A stretch of DNA of 43,213 nt from Sphingomonadaceae bacterium (GTDB taxonomy: Bacteria; Pseudomonadota; Alphaproteobacteria; Sphingomonadales; Sphingomonadaceae), in NCBI GenBank assembly GCA_016462305.1, contig JAEMTM010000002.1, positions 1-43,213 of the forward strand, given 5' to 3'. Numbering within the stretch: the first letter of the stretch is position 1; each line of letters begins with the position of its first letter. The notes below the pieces were generated by a model. It saw only the letters and a list, made by a program, of their open reading frames with translations. It was not told the DNA's origin and ran no database searches. This document shows positions 27,494-37,151 of this stretch, piece by piece. The translations under genes and the position numbers were made by a program.

Positions 27494-28738
27494 ATGAGCA
27501 AGCCTTTAAGCCTAACCGAACAACTCGCCAAGCATTTGATGCGCAAGATCGACGGCGCGACACGCGATCGGGCGCGGCTGCATTTACTGGATTGGCTGGG
27601 ATGTGTGGCAGGCGCGCGGGATAGCAAGATTGCCGCGATGCTCAATCCAATGCAGAGTTCTCGCCTGATCCAGGCCATGTTTCTGGGCAATGTGCTCGAG
27701 ATGGATGATGTACATCGTTCCGCGGTGCTGCATCCCGGCCCCGTGATTTGGCCAAGCGCGTTAGGCGAAAACATTGGAGATATGGACGCGGTGCTCAACG
27801 CTGCGGTCGCAGGGTATGAGGCGATGATCGCCGTTGGCGCAACGCTGGATGCACATCATTACGCGCATTACCATCCAACCGCCACAGCGGGCGTCTTTGG
27901 CGCGGCCGCGACTTTCGCGCGGGGATTCGGCCAATCGCAGAAGCAGACAGTCGCATCGCTTGGTCTCGCAGGATCGGTCGCTGGCGGATTGTGGCAGATG
28001 CGGCATGAAGATGTGACCACAAAGCAATGGCATGTCGCGCACGCTTGGGGAACCGCGCGTTCTGCGGTTGAATATGCCGAATATGGCGTTACCGGACCGC
28101 GCTTTATTCTCGAAGGTTCACAGGGACTTTACGCAGCCACTTGCAAAAGCCCAAAGCCGATGGAATTCCCGAACCGCTGGCGCATCTGGGATGTCAGTTT
28201 CAAACCATGGGCTGCGTGTCGTCATGCGCATCCAGCCATTGACGCAGCGCTTGAATTGCAGGCCCTGCTGGGCAAACTCGACGGCGAGATAGTCATTGAG
28301 ACTTACGCCGATGCGATTGCTTTTTGCGACAACCCCGACCCCAAGACACCGCAGCAGGCAAAGTTTTCACTGCAACATGCGGTAGCGATTGTTGCGACCA
28401 GCGGTGTGCCAACGCTTGCTGATTTCGAGCCTGCTGCGATCCGTAAGCTGGCGAAAGCAAGAGCGCGGGTGACTGTGCGCGCATGCAAGGACATCACCGT
28501 GCGTTACCCTTTACACTATGGCGCGCGCGTCACTTGCAACAGACAGGCGGTCGAAATGATCGACACGCTTGGCGACCCGGAACGCCCGATGAGCGAGATG
28601 CAGATCATCGACAAAGCGCGGGCGCTGATGGCGTGGGGTGGGCTGTCAGGGAAGAATGCGGACAAGGCGGTCAAGCTGGCGCTGGAAGGCGATGATCCTC
28701 TGGCGATCCACAAAATGCTCGGGAAATGGCTCGTATGA
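27494..28738 (+). CDS. MmgE/PrpD-family protein 1
   Basis: LLDWLGC, LEMDDVH...HPG, FKPWAACRHAH, AKFS, GDPERP. ATG 27494. Confidence 0.9.
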   Translation: MSKPLSLTEQLAKHLMRKIDGATRDRARLHLLDWLGCVAGARDSKIAAMLNPMQSSRLIQAMFLGNVLEMDDVHRSAVLHPGPVIWPSALGENIGDMDAVLNAAVAGYEAMIAVGATLDAHHYAHYHPTATAGVFGAAATFARGFGQSQKQTVASLGLAGSVAGGLWQMRHEDVTTKQWHVAHAWGTARSAVEYAEYGVTGPRFILEGSQGLYAATCKSPKPMEFPNRWRIWDVSFKPWAACRHAHPAIDAALELQALLGKLDGEIVIETYADAIAFCDNPDPKTPQQAKFSLQHAVAIVATSGVPTLADFEPAAIRKLAKARARVTVRACKDITVRYPLHYGARVTCNRQAVEMIDTLGDPERPMSEMQIIDKARALMAWGGLSGKNADKAVKLALEGDDPLAIHKMLGKWLV

Positions 28739-30015
28739 GCCACATCGCCGCCATCCTTGATTTCGCTGCCGCGCCGCACGTTTTACTACCGCAGGTGCGG
28801 GCAGATGCCGAGCGCTTGCTGGCGGATACGTTGGCGGGCGGAGCCGCCGGTGCGGCGTCGCCGGAGGCGCTGAATCTTTTGCCAGCGGTGCGTGGATGGG
28901 GCGCAGGCGATGAGGCACGGACGTTGTCGGCGAATAAGCTGCCTGCGCCGTCTGCTGCATTTTTCAACGGTTTTGCGATCCATTGTCTCGAATGGGATGC
29001 AGTGCATGAGCCTGCCGTTGTTCACGCCCTATCGGCGGTGACGGCGGCGTTGTTGGCGGCATCGGACCGGGCGACCGGAAGCGAAAGCGATGATTTCCTG
29101 ATTGCCCTTGCGGTCGGGGTCGATATCGCCAGCGGGCTTGGCTTGTCGGCCACTGGCCCGATGCAATTTTTCCGTCCCGCAACCGCAGGCGTAATTGGCG
29201 CAGCATTGGCCGTAGCGCGGCTGGAAGGCCTGTCGCACGACCAGATGGCGGACGTGCTGGGCCTTGCCTACAGCTTTGCAGGCGGGACAATGCAGGCGCA
29301 TTTCGAGGCGTCGATTGCGCTGCCACTGCAAATCGGTCGCGCGGCGCAGGCGGCGGTTCAGGCTGTGGATCTGGTGAAGGCTGGATTGAGTGGTCCGCAT
29401 GATGTTCTCGAGGGACCGTTCGGCTATTCCAATTTGGTCGAGCCGCTCGACTTGTCCAGCTATGCCGCCAGCCTTGGCACCGTCTGGCGGATTAGCGAGG
29501 TCAGTATCAAACCCTACCCATCGGGCAGGGCGAGTCACGGAGCCTTGGGCGCGCTTGCCGAGTTGCAAAATGCGGGCGCGGTCTCGCTTGAAACAGTCCT
29601 GAGCGTTGAATTGTTCGCACCGCCGCTGATCCACCGCCTTGTCGGTCGCCAATACCAGCATGACGCGCCGATGAGTTACAATCGGCTATGTCTTGCTTTT
29701 CTTGCGCCGCTCATGCTGCGCGACGGGTATATCGACCCGCGTTTGAATGACGCCATCCCCTCATTGGCTGAAAAGGTAACGGTCACGTTGGATGAAAATC
29801 CGGATGGAAATGCCATGTCGCCGCAGCGGTTGGTAGTGAGGTTCAAGGACGGCGCGACCATTGAACGTCAGATCGATGCCAATCTCGGCAGCCCCGATGC
29901 GCCGATGTCACCCGCGCAATATGCGGCCAAATATGACCTGTGCCGTGCACTTGCCCCCAACTGCGATCCACGCATTTTCGATGATCCCTTATCTTACGCA
30001 ACGGACCCCAGATGA
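28735..30015 (+). CDS. MmgE/PrpD-family protein 2
   Basis: AAFFNG..IHCLEWDAVH, LEGPFGY, IKPYPSGRASH, GSPDAPMS. ATGA-coupled. Confidence 0.9.
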   Translation: MSHIAAILDFAAAPHVLLPQVRADAERLLADTLAGGAAGAASPEALNLLPAVRGWGAGDEARTLSANKLPAPSAAFFNGFAIHCLEWDAVHEPAVVHALSAVTAALLAASDRATGSESDDFLIALAVGVDIASGLGLSATGPMQFFRPATAGVIGAALAVARLEGLSHDQMADVLGLAYSFAGGTMQAHFEASIALPLQIGRAAQAAVQAVDLVKAGLSGPHDVLEGPFGYSNLVEPLDLSSYAASLGTVWRISEVSIKPYPSGRASHGALGALAELQNAGAVSLETVLSVELFAPPLIHRLVGRQYQHDAPMSYNRLCLAFLAPLMLRDGYIDPRLNDAIPSLAEKVTVTLDENPDGNAMSPQRLVVRFKDGATIERQIDANLGSPDAPMSPAQYAAKYDLCRALAPNCDPRIFDDPLSYATDPR

Positions 30016-31370
30016 GTTTCCCAACCTATTTCGAAGCCTTTGATACCAAGCAGATGCTGGCCGACTATCCGGTCGGTGACGCGTTCACCGCGCGCTATGC
30101 CGCGATGTCGCGCGACGAACTGCATGCGCTGCAAAACGAGCGATTTTTGACGCTGATGAAGCGCGGGTGGGAAATACCCTTTTACCAACGTCTCTGGGGC
30201 GAAAAGGGAATACATCCAGGCGATATAAGCAGCCTCGCTGATATTGACAAACTGCCCGTATATGACAAATCTGACCTGATGGCCTCGGTGAACGCACATC
30301 CGCCTTATGGGGACTTCGATGGTCGGGAAAATTCGCCTGTGGTGTTCCACACCACGAGCGGCACGACGGGACGGCCGCAACCTTTGATGTTCGGACCCAA
30401 GGGGCGCGAAATCACCAATCTGCTCGTTGGCCGAATGTACCGCTGGATGGGGCTGCAGTCATCGGACGTGGTTCATTCGGTTTACGGTCATGGCATGATT
30501 AACGGCGGTCATTATATCCGCGAAGCCGTGACGCACTTTACAAATTCGCTGTTTCTGTCCGCCGGTACAGGCATCGAAACGCGCAGCGCAGCGCAAGTTC
30601 AGTTGCTGGCCGATTTCGGGGTGACAGTGATGGTCGGCTTTGTCGATTATATCCGCAAGCTTGCCGATGTTGCGCGCGAGGCTGGATTGCTTGAGCAGAT
30701 AAATCTTAAAATGATCATCGGCCATCTTGGCACCGAAGACCGCGCCTCAACCGAGGCGGCATGGGGCGGGGCAAAGGCCTATGACTGGTATGGCGTCGGC
30801 GATACGGGAAGCATCGCAGGCGAAGGCCCCGACCGCGACGGGCTGTATGTCTGGGAAGATGCGCAATATCTCGAACTTCTTGGCGTCGATGATGGGCTGC
30901 CTGTTGCGCATGGAAAGACTGGCGACATGGTGGTGACCTGCCTGTTCAAGGATGACATCGCACCGTGCATCCGCTTCAATACACATGACATCACGCATGA
31001 ACTGGACGGACGAGGTGAATTGGCGTTCAAGCGTATCGCTGGCTTTAAGGGCCGAAGCGACAATATGGTCAAGCTGCGCGGTGTTAACCTGTTCCCGCAC
31101 GCGATCGGTGCATTGATCGAAAACCGTGCAGATTTGACCGGTGAATATATCTGTACCGTAAAACGCGACCCGATGACACAGCGCGATGATATGGTTGTGC
31201 TAATTGAAAGTCGGGGCGGGACCGACATAAGCCAAGTTTCCGCGCTGCTCCGGCAGGGTTTAAATGTCGACGTATGCGTTGAACTGTGCGCGCCCGGAGG
31301 GACCGCCAGCCTGACGCAGATTGATGTGCGGCAAAAACCGATCCGGCTCATAGATGAGCGCGGCCTATGA
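30012..31370 (+). CDS. Phenylacetate-CoA-ligase-like acyl-CoA synthetase
   Basis: P-loop TTSGTTGRP, WYG..D, RFNTHD, GRSDNMVKLRGVNLFP. Confidence 0.9.
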   Translation: MSFPTYFEAFDTKQMLADYPVGDAFTARYAAMSRDELHALQNERFLTLMKRGWEIPFYQRLWGEKGIHPGDISSLADIDKLPVYDKSDLMASVNAHPPYGDFDGRENSPVVFHTTSGTTGRPQPLMFGPKGREITNLLVGRMYRWMGLQSSDVVHSVYGHGMINGGHYIREAVTHFTNSLFLSAGTGIETRSAAQVQLLADFGVTVMVGFVDYIRKLADVAREAGLLEQINLKMIIGHLGTEDRASTEAAWGGAKAYDWYGVGDTGSIAGEGPDRDGLYVWEDAQYLELLGVDDGLPVAHGKTGDMVVTCLFKDDIAPCIRFNTHDITHELDGRGELAFKRIAGFKGRSDNMVKLRGVNLFPHAIGALIENRADLTGEYICTVKRDPMTQRDDMVVLIESRGGTDISQVSALLRQGLNVDVCVELCAPGGTASLTQIDVRQKPIRLIDERGL

Positions 31371-32551
31371 TTGACTGGGACGCCCTCGAAGTCGCCAACG
31401 CGCCGCTGAATGCCTTCACCGATTTTGATAGGTCGGCGACTGATGCGGAAGGCGCACTCGCCGGGCTGACCATCGGGGTTAAAGCCAACGTCATGGTCAA
31501 CGGCCTACCGTGGACGGGCGGGTGCGAAGTGTTTCGGAACCGCATCGCCGAGCGTGATGCGGAGGTGGTGGCAAAGCTGCGCGCGGCGGGCGCAGTCATT
31601 ATTGGCACGACAAATATGGAAGAAGCCGCGCTGGGCGCAAAGACGGACAACCCGTTTTTCGGTGCGACGCAAAATCCGCATAGACTGGGGTACACGCCCG
31701 GTGGTTCTTCGGGCGGCAGCGGCGCAGCCGTTGCGGCAGGGTTATGCGATGCTGCCTTGGGAACCGACACAATGGGTTCGATCCGCATTCCGGCGGCCTA
31801 TTGCGGGGTATACGGTTTCAAGCCTGCGCACAGCGCAGTGTCTCAGGACGGGCTGGAGATGACCGAACCCTCGCTGGATACCATCGGTCCACTCGCGCGA
31901 GATCTCGACGTACTGGAACGGGTGTCTCGGGTGATCTCGAATTTTGGTGGAGGTGTTGCTGACGGTCCGGTTACAATCGTTAAAGCGTTAGGCGGCATCG
32001 AATGTGATCTTCCCGTACTGAACGCCTTCGAAGCTGCGCAATTGGCCCTCGGCGCGAATGTTGAAATTGAACTGCCTTATCCGCCCAGTCGCATCCGCTT
32101 TGCCGGCTTCATTCGGGCTTCGCGCTTTTTGGCAGCGCATCTGGCGGATGCTGAACCAGTCAAAATTTCGCCCGCACTCGCCAAATTGTTGACCTATGGC
32201 CCCAAACGCAGCGCAGCCGACCTGGCTGAGGATGCACAAGTAATCGCCGAAACAAAGGCCGCATTGAAGGCGGCGCTCGAAACCTACGGCGCAATCCTGA
32301 TGCCGACTGCCCCGCAAGCCGCTTTCCCACACAGCAAGGCTGCCCCCGCTAATCAAGCCGACTTTACGTGCCTTGCCAATATTGCAGGTCTGCCCGCCAT
32401 CGCCATCCCCGCAGGCTGGAGCAATGACGGTCTACCCGTCGGCGTCCAGCTCGTCGGCAAGGCCGGGGACGAAGCTGGTCTGTTCGCGCTGGCCCGTAAA
32501 CTCGACGCCGCTCTTGCCGCCTATCGCCCGCCTGCTTATTTCGGATATTGA
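31367..32551 (+). CDS. Amidase-signature family amidase
   Basis: GVKAN (Lys), PGGSSGGS, GTDTMGSIRIPA. Confidence 0.93.
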   Translation: MIDWDALEVANAPLNAFTDFDRSATDAEGALAGLTIGVKANVMVNGLPWTGGCEVFRNRIAERDAEVVAKLRAAGAVIIGTTNMEEAALGAKTDNPFFGATQNPHRLGYTPGGSSGGSGAAVAAGLCDAALGTDTMGSIRIPAAYCGVYGFKPAHSAVSQDGLEMTEPSLDTIGPLARDLDVLERVSRVISNFGGGVADGPVTIVKALGGIECDLPVLNAFEAAQLALGANVEIELPYPPSRIRFAGFIRASRFLAAHLADAEPVKISPALAKLLTYGPKRSAADLAEDAQVIAETKAALKAALETYGAILMPTAPQAAFPHSKAAPANQADFTCLANIAGLPAIAIPAGWSNDGLPVGVQLVGKAGDEAGLFALARKLDAALAAYRPPAYFGY

Positions 32552-32561
32552 GGAGGAAAAC

Positions 32562-32867
32562 ATGCGTATCATCTGTTTGTTCAACCTGAAGGAAGGCGCC
32601 AGCGCCGAAGCCTACGAGGCGTGGGCGCGAGGGACCGATATTCCCGGCGTCAATGCACTCGGTTCGGTCAAGCGTTTTTCGGTCCACCGCGCTACTGGCC
32701 TGTTCGGCTCGGACGCCAAGCCGCCTTATGACTATATTGAGGTGATTGACATTCACGGCATGGACGCCTTTGTCGGCGATGTCACTGACCCCGAATTCCA
32801 GAAAGTGGCGGCGGGATTTGGCGAGTTCACCGATAACCCGACATTCATTCTTACCGAAGACCTCTGA
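32562..32867 (+). CDS. HapK/RedY-like small alpha/beta barrel protein
   Basis: MRIICLFNLK...YEAWAR..D.P.V..L.SV..F.V...PYDYIEVI pattern; strong GAGGAGG RBS; 101 aa. Confidence 0.75.
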   Translation: MRIICLFNLKEGASAEAYEAWARGTDIPGVNALGSVKRFSVHRATGLFGSDAKPPYDYIEVIDIHGMDAFVGDVTDPEFQKVAAGFGEFTDNPTFILTEDL

Positions 32868-33661
32868 TGCGTTTCGCTGGCAAGACGATCGTTGTTACCG
32901 GCTCTGGCAAGCAGAAGGGGCTGGGTCAGGGGATATTGCAGCGCTTCGCCGATGAAGGTGCGCAGTGTGTTGTGTCCGATCTTGCGATCGATGCGGAGGC
33001 CGAGGCGGTTGCGAAGGAATTGCGCGAGCGTGGGGCGAAAGTTGCGACCATTGCTTGCGACGTGTCCGATGCAGCGCAGTGTAATGCGCTGGTTGAACAG
33101 TCGGTTGCGGCGTTTGGCAGGGTCGATATTTTCGTCAATAATGCAGGCATCGGCTTTATGATGAAGCCAATGCTGGAGGTCGATCCAAGGGATTGGGCGA
33201 CTGTGATCGCCGTCAATCTGTCGGGGGCATTTTATTGCACGCAGGCCGCAGCCAAAGCGATGATTACTGCCGGCAGGGGCGGACGAATCATCAATATCGC
33301 CTCGCAGGCCGCCAAAACCGGCTTTCCCCATTTGCCCGCTTATGTGTCATCGAAGCATGGAATGATCGGCCTGACGCGGGCGACCGCGGTTGAGTTGGGC
33401 GCGCACAAAATTACCGTCAACGCGGTATGCCCCAATCATGTGACCACCGGATTGGGTGCGCAACAAAATGAATATTTCTCCAAACTGCTGGGGTTTGAGA
33501 ATGTTGAGGCCTATCTGAAAAACATGGCCGCAAAAAACCCGATGGGCCGGTCTGGCCTGCCCTCGGACACTGCTGCGGCTTGTGCGTGGCTCGCCAGCGA
33601 TGATGCATGTTATGTGACTGGAGAGGCGCTCAATATTTCGGGCGGGGAGGAAATGCATTGA
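32867..33661 (+). CDS. Short-chain dehydrogenase/reductase
   Basis: TGSG..KGLG, NNAG, Ser (IASQA), YVSSK, VNAVCP. Confidence 0.94.
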   Translation: MRFAGKTIVVTGSGKQKGLGQGILQRFADEGAQCVVSDLAIDAEAEAVAKELRERGAKVATIACDVSDAAQCNALVEQSVAAFGRVDIFVNNAGIGFMMKPMLEVDPRDWATVIAVNLSGAFYCTQAAAKAMITAGRGGRIINIASQAAKTGFPHLPAYVSSKHGMIGLTRATAVELGAHKITVNAVCPNHVTTGLGAQQNEYFSKLLGFENVEAYLKNMAAKNPMGRSGLPSDTAAACAWLASDDACYVTGEALNISGGEEMH

Positions 33662-34527
33662 TGCAGGAAGAACGGATCGACTGGCCGGATGGCGCCAAGT
33701 TGGCGCTCAGCATCGTTATCAATGTCGAGGAAGGCAGCGAGATGACCGTTGCCCGCGGCGACCGTGGGATGGAGCCAGTCGACGAACTGGGCGTCCATGT
33801 CAAATCGCCCATCCGTAACTATTCGAACGAGAGCAACTATCTTTACGGTATAAAAGCAGGTGCGCCGCGTGTCGTCAAACTGCTCAAAGAATATGATATT
33901 CTCGCCAGCTGGACCGTCGCGGCGCTTTCCCTCGAAAATCATCCGGAAATCGCGCAGGCCATAGTCGAGCTTGGTCATGAACCGGTAAGCCATGGCTGGC
34001 GCTGGGTGCACCAGTTCAAGATGAACGAGGCGGAAGAGCGTGATTTCATACGCAAGGCCATCACCAGCATCGAAAAGACCACCGGCACCCGGCCCTATGG
34101 TTGGCTCTCGCGCTATCTGCTCACCGACAACACCCGCCGCCTGCTGATTGAAGAGGGTTTTACGTATCATATGGACGATTATTCAGGTGACGTGCCTTTC
34201 TGGGACCGCGATTGCGTCCCGGGCAAGCCGATTGTCATCGTCCCCTATCAACTAGACAGCAATGATATGAAAATGTGGACCGATCCGGCGATGACGCCCG
34301 ATCAATGGCTACATTATGCCAAACGCAATTTTGACCAGATTTATTCAGAAGGCATACAAGGCAATCCGAAGATGATGTCGCTGGGGCTCCACTTGCGAAT
34401 CATCGGGAGGCCCGGACGGATATGGGCGTTACAGGAATTCTTAGAGCACGTTCGGAAACATCCGGACATCTGGGTCACCACCCGCAATCAAATCGCGCAA
34501 CATTTTGCGCAAGGAAATCCGGCATGA
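33661..34527 (+). CDS. PuuE (allantoinase-type) NodB-fold cyclic amide hydrolase, copy 3
   Basis: WPDGAKLALS.VINVEEGSE, SHGWRW, VPYQLDSNDM, MMSLGLHLRIIGRPGR: full PuuE-type motif set. Confidence 0.88.
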   Translation: MQEERIDWPDGAKLALSIVINVEEGSEMTVARGDRGMEPVDELGVHVKSPIRNYSNESNYLYGIKAGAPRVVKLLKEYDILASWTVAALSLENHPEIAQAIVELGHEPVSHGWRWVHQFKMNEAEERDFIRKAITSIEKTTGTRPYGWLSRYLLTDNTRRLLIEEGFTYHMDDYSGDVPFWDRDCVPGKPIVIVPYQLDSNDMKMWTDPAMTPDQWLHYAKRNFDQIYSEGIQGNPKMMSLGLHLRIIGRPGRIWALQEFLEHVRKHPDIWVTTRNQIAQHFAQGNPA

Positions 34528-35276
34528 GCCTTCGTCTCGAACGCGACGGCCCTATAGGCCGGATCATGATCGACAGGCCTGAGAAGCGCAACGCCTTCAA
34601 TCAGGAAATGTGGGAGCAGTTTCCAGTATTGTTGGGTGCGGCGCTGATCGACCCCGCGATCCGCGTTGTGGTGGTGCAATCCGCTGCCCAAGGTGTTTTC
34701 TGCGCAGGCGCAGACATCAACGAATTGATGTCGCATAAGGACAATTCCGCATGGCGCGAAGCCAATCAGGCAGCGATCAACAGGACGCAGCACGAACTCG
34801 CTCGATTTGCCAAGCCGACGATAGCTTTTATTGATGGCGATTGCGTCGGCGGCGGATGCGGCATCGCGCTCGCCTGCGATATCCGCGTCGCTACCGCCGG
34901 ATCGCGGATCGGGATCACGCCAGCCAAATTGGGACTGGTCTACCCGCTTCATGATACCAAATTGCTCGTCGATCTGGTGGGGCCTGGGCAGGCCAAAAAG
35001 ATGCTTTACACAGGCGCGCTTCTCTCGGCGCAAGAAGCGCTGCGGATCGGTTTGGTCGAACTGATCGAGGATAGCGCCACCGCGCTGGCGGATCAGATTG
35101 CGGGCAACAGCGCACACAGCACGCACCAGATAAAGGGCTTTGTCCGCCGTATTCTCGATGGGCAGGCAGATGATGACCTGGAAACGAAACGCATCTTTGC
35201 CGATGCATTTACCACGCCCGACTTTATCGAAGGCACAAGCGCATTTGCCCGCAAACAAAAGGCCGAATTCAAATGA
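34524..35276 (+). CDS. Enoyl-CoA hydratase/isomerase (crotonase) family protein
   Basis: RPEKRNA, FCAGADI, KPTIA.IDG.C.GGG, ACDIR. Confidence 0.92.
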   Translation: MSLRLERDGPIGRIMIDRPEKRNAFNQEMWEQFPVLLGAALIDPAIRVVVVQSAAQGVFCAGADINELMSHKDNSAWREANQAAINRTQHELARFAKPTIAFIDGDCVGGGCGIALACDIRVATAGSRIGITPAKLGLVYPLHDTKLLVDLVGPGQAKKMLYTGALLSAQEALRIGLVELIEDSATALADQIAGNSAHSTHQIKGFVRRILDGQADDDLETKRIFADAFTTPDFIEGTSAFARKQKAEFK

Positions 35277-36175
35277 ACAATTTCCTCACACATGGCTGCA
35301 TCATGGGTGGCGTCGTGACAACGCCCAATTTGGATGCGGCGCTGGAGGATTATCATGGGCGGCTAGGGCTGAACATCGTTGAGCGCGGTGAACTGGCTGC
35401 TGATTTGGCTGCGAGTTGGAAGTGCCCGGCGAACGGGGGCGCACGCACCGCGACGCTGCAACCGCAAAGCGGCGCGCATTGCTTTATCCGACTGGTCGAA
35501 CAACCTGTGCCCGATGAGTTTATGCCGGTGCGGACATACGGATGGGCGGCCTTTGAGCTGACCGTGCAAGATGTCTATGGCTGGCCCGGGCGTCTGGAAG
35601 GCAGCGGTTTCGATATTGTCGGGCCACCCAAACCAATCGAAGGCCTACCCTATTTCATACCGATGCAGGTGACTGGGCGCGGGCGCGAGATGATCTATCT
35701 CAATGAAGTAGCAGAAAATACGCCGTCGTCCGACTTGCCCAAGGCCGCCTCACTGACCGACCATATATTCATCGTTATACTCGCGACGCATGACCGCGAA
35801 GCGAACCTGGCATGGCTGCAGGAAAAAATAGGCCTGGATGTTGGCGGCACTTACACGCTTGAATATACTATGATCAACAAAGCGTTTGGACTGCCTGACG
35901 GCACGCAATCCTCGATAACGATGGTTCAGAAGGACCGGCTGCCGATTATCGAAGTCGATGGCTATCCCAAACCCGCGACCGCTCGCCCACATACGCCCGG
36001 ATGCCTGCCACCCGGGAATGCGCTGGTGACTTTGGCAGTGGACAGTCTGGACGCGATCAACGCTGCGTTTATCGAGCCGCCGGCCGTGCACAGCGGAGCA
36101 ATTTATGCAGGGCGGCGGTCCGCGACGGTGGTCGGCATGGCGGGTGAGTTGTTGGAGCTGGTGGAAATCAGCTAA
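35273..36175 (+). CDS. Two-domain VOC-fold protein
   Basis: TPNLDAALEDY..LGL, YGW.A.EL.V.D, DHIFIVIL, C-terminal GELLELVE. Confidence 0.7.
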   Translation: MNNFLTHGCIMGGVVTTPNLDAALEDYHGRLGLNIVERGELAADLAASWKCPANGGARTATLQPQSGAHCFIRLVEQPVPDEFMPVRTYGWAAFELTVQDVYGWPGRLEGSGFDIVGPPKPIEGLPYFIPMQVTGRGREMIYLNEVAENTPSSDLPKAASLTDHIFIVILATHDREANLAWLQEKIGLDVGGTYTLEYTMINKAFGLPDGTQSSITMVQKDRLPIIEVDGYPKPATARPHTPGCLPPGNALVTLAVDSLDAINAAFIEPPAVHSGAIYAGRRSATVVGMAGELLELVEIS

Positions 36176-37146
36176 ACCACCAGCACCGTCGACCCGGTCG
36201 TCCTGCGACCTTCCAAATCGCTATGCGCCCTCGCCGCCTCCTCTAGCCCGTAACGCTGGCCGATATTGACCTTGATAATTCCCTGCCGGAACATGTTGAA
36301 TACATATTCGCTGCCTGCCGCGCGTTCCGCGGCGTGGTGGTAGTAGTCGAAAAGTGTCGGACGCGTGTTATAGAGCGAACCTTTCTGGGCGAGGATGCCG
36401 AGATTGACGCCGCCAACGGGCGCATCTGCATTGCCGTAATTTACAATCAGCCCGCGCCGCCTTGCACTATCGAGCGACGCTTCCCAGGTAGCCATTCCGA
36501 TACCGTCGAAGACTATCTCGACGCCGCGTCCGTCGGTCAGCAAGCGTACCTGCTTGGCAACATCCTCCTTGCCGTAAAGGATGACATGGTCGGCCCCGAA
36601 TTCACGCGCCAAGGCAGCTTTTTCTTCGGTGCTGACCGTTCCGATGACGTTAGCGCCGATATGCTTGAGCCATTGCACCAGCATTAGGCCGACACCGCCG
36701 GCTGCAGCGTGGACCAGCACGTTCGATTTAGGTTGCACCTTGGCGCAGCGTTCGACCAGAAACTCAGTGGTGCAGCCCTTCAATATGCCTGCCGCAGCAA
36801 TCTCGTCGCTGATATCGTCGGGTATCAAGAACAAGCATGCAGCCTCAATATTGCGCGCAGTCGCATATGCGCCAAGCGTCGGACCGAAACAGCAGACCCG
36901 GTCGCCGACCTCCCAGTCTGTCACGCCCTCGCCCAGCGATTCGATAACGCCCGCTGCCTCCAGCCCGAGTCCGCTAGGGAGCGCTACCGGATAAATACCG
37001 CGTCGGTGATAAGTGTCGATGAAGTTAAGGCCAACCGCAGTATTGCGCATCCGCACTTCGCCCGGACCCGGCGGCGACAGTTCGACGTCTACCCAGTTTA
37101 TGACTGCTGGCCCGCCAACTTCAACAATCTGTGCTGCCCGTTCCAT
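36172..37146 (-). CDS. NADPH:quinone oxidoreductase (zeta-crystallin/MDR family)
   Basis: GLNFIDTYHR.G.Y, GLEAAG, HAAAGGVG, TTGSTVL. ATG 37146. Confidence 0.92.
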   Translation of the reverse strand: MERAAQIVEVGGPAVINWVDVELSPPGPGEVRMRNTAVGLNFIDTYHRRGIYPVALPSGLGLEAAGVIESLGEGVTDWEVGDRVCCFGPTLGAYATARNIEAACLFLIPDDISDEIAAAGILKGCTTEFLVERCAKVQPKSNVLVHAAAGGVGLMLVQWLKHIGANVIGTVSTEEKAALAREFGADHVILYGKEDVAKQVRLLTDGRGVEIVFDGIGMATWEASLDSARRRGLIVNYGNADAPVGGVNLGILAQKGSLYNTRPTLFDYYHHAAERAAGSEYVFNMFRQGIIKVNIGQRYGLEEAARAHSDLEGRRTTGSTVLVV

Positions 37147-37151
37147 TTTGA

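Noticed and set aside
26547-27497. 316-aa plus-strand ORF bridging the operon across gntR
   Set aside because: No motifs; antisense to a clear GntR gene; most likely a shadow frame.
30012-33661. Prodigiosin or other secondary-metabolite biosynthetic cluster (HapK, ligase, acyl-CoA dehydrogenase, methyltransferase)
   Set aside because: No carrier proteins, ketosynthases, PPTase or PigC-like condensing enzyme; importers and lyases indicate catabolism.
34488-35258. 256-aa minus-strand ORF
   Set aside because: Shadow of the crotonase gene.
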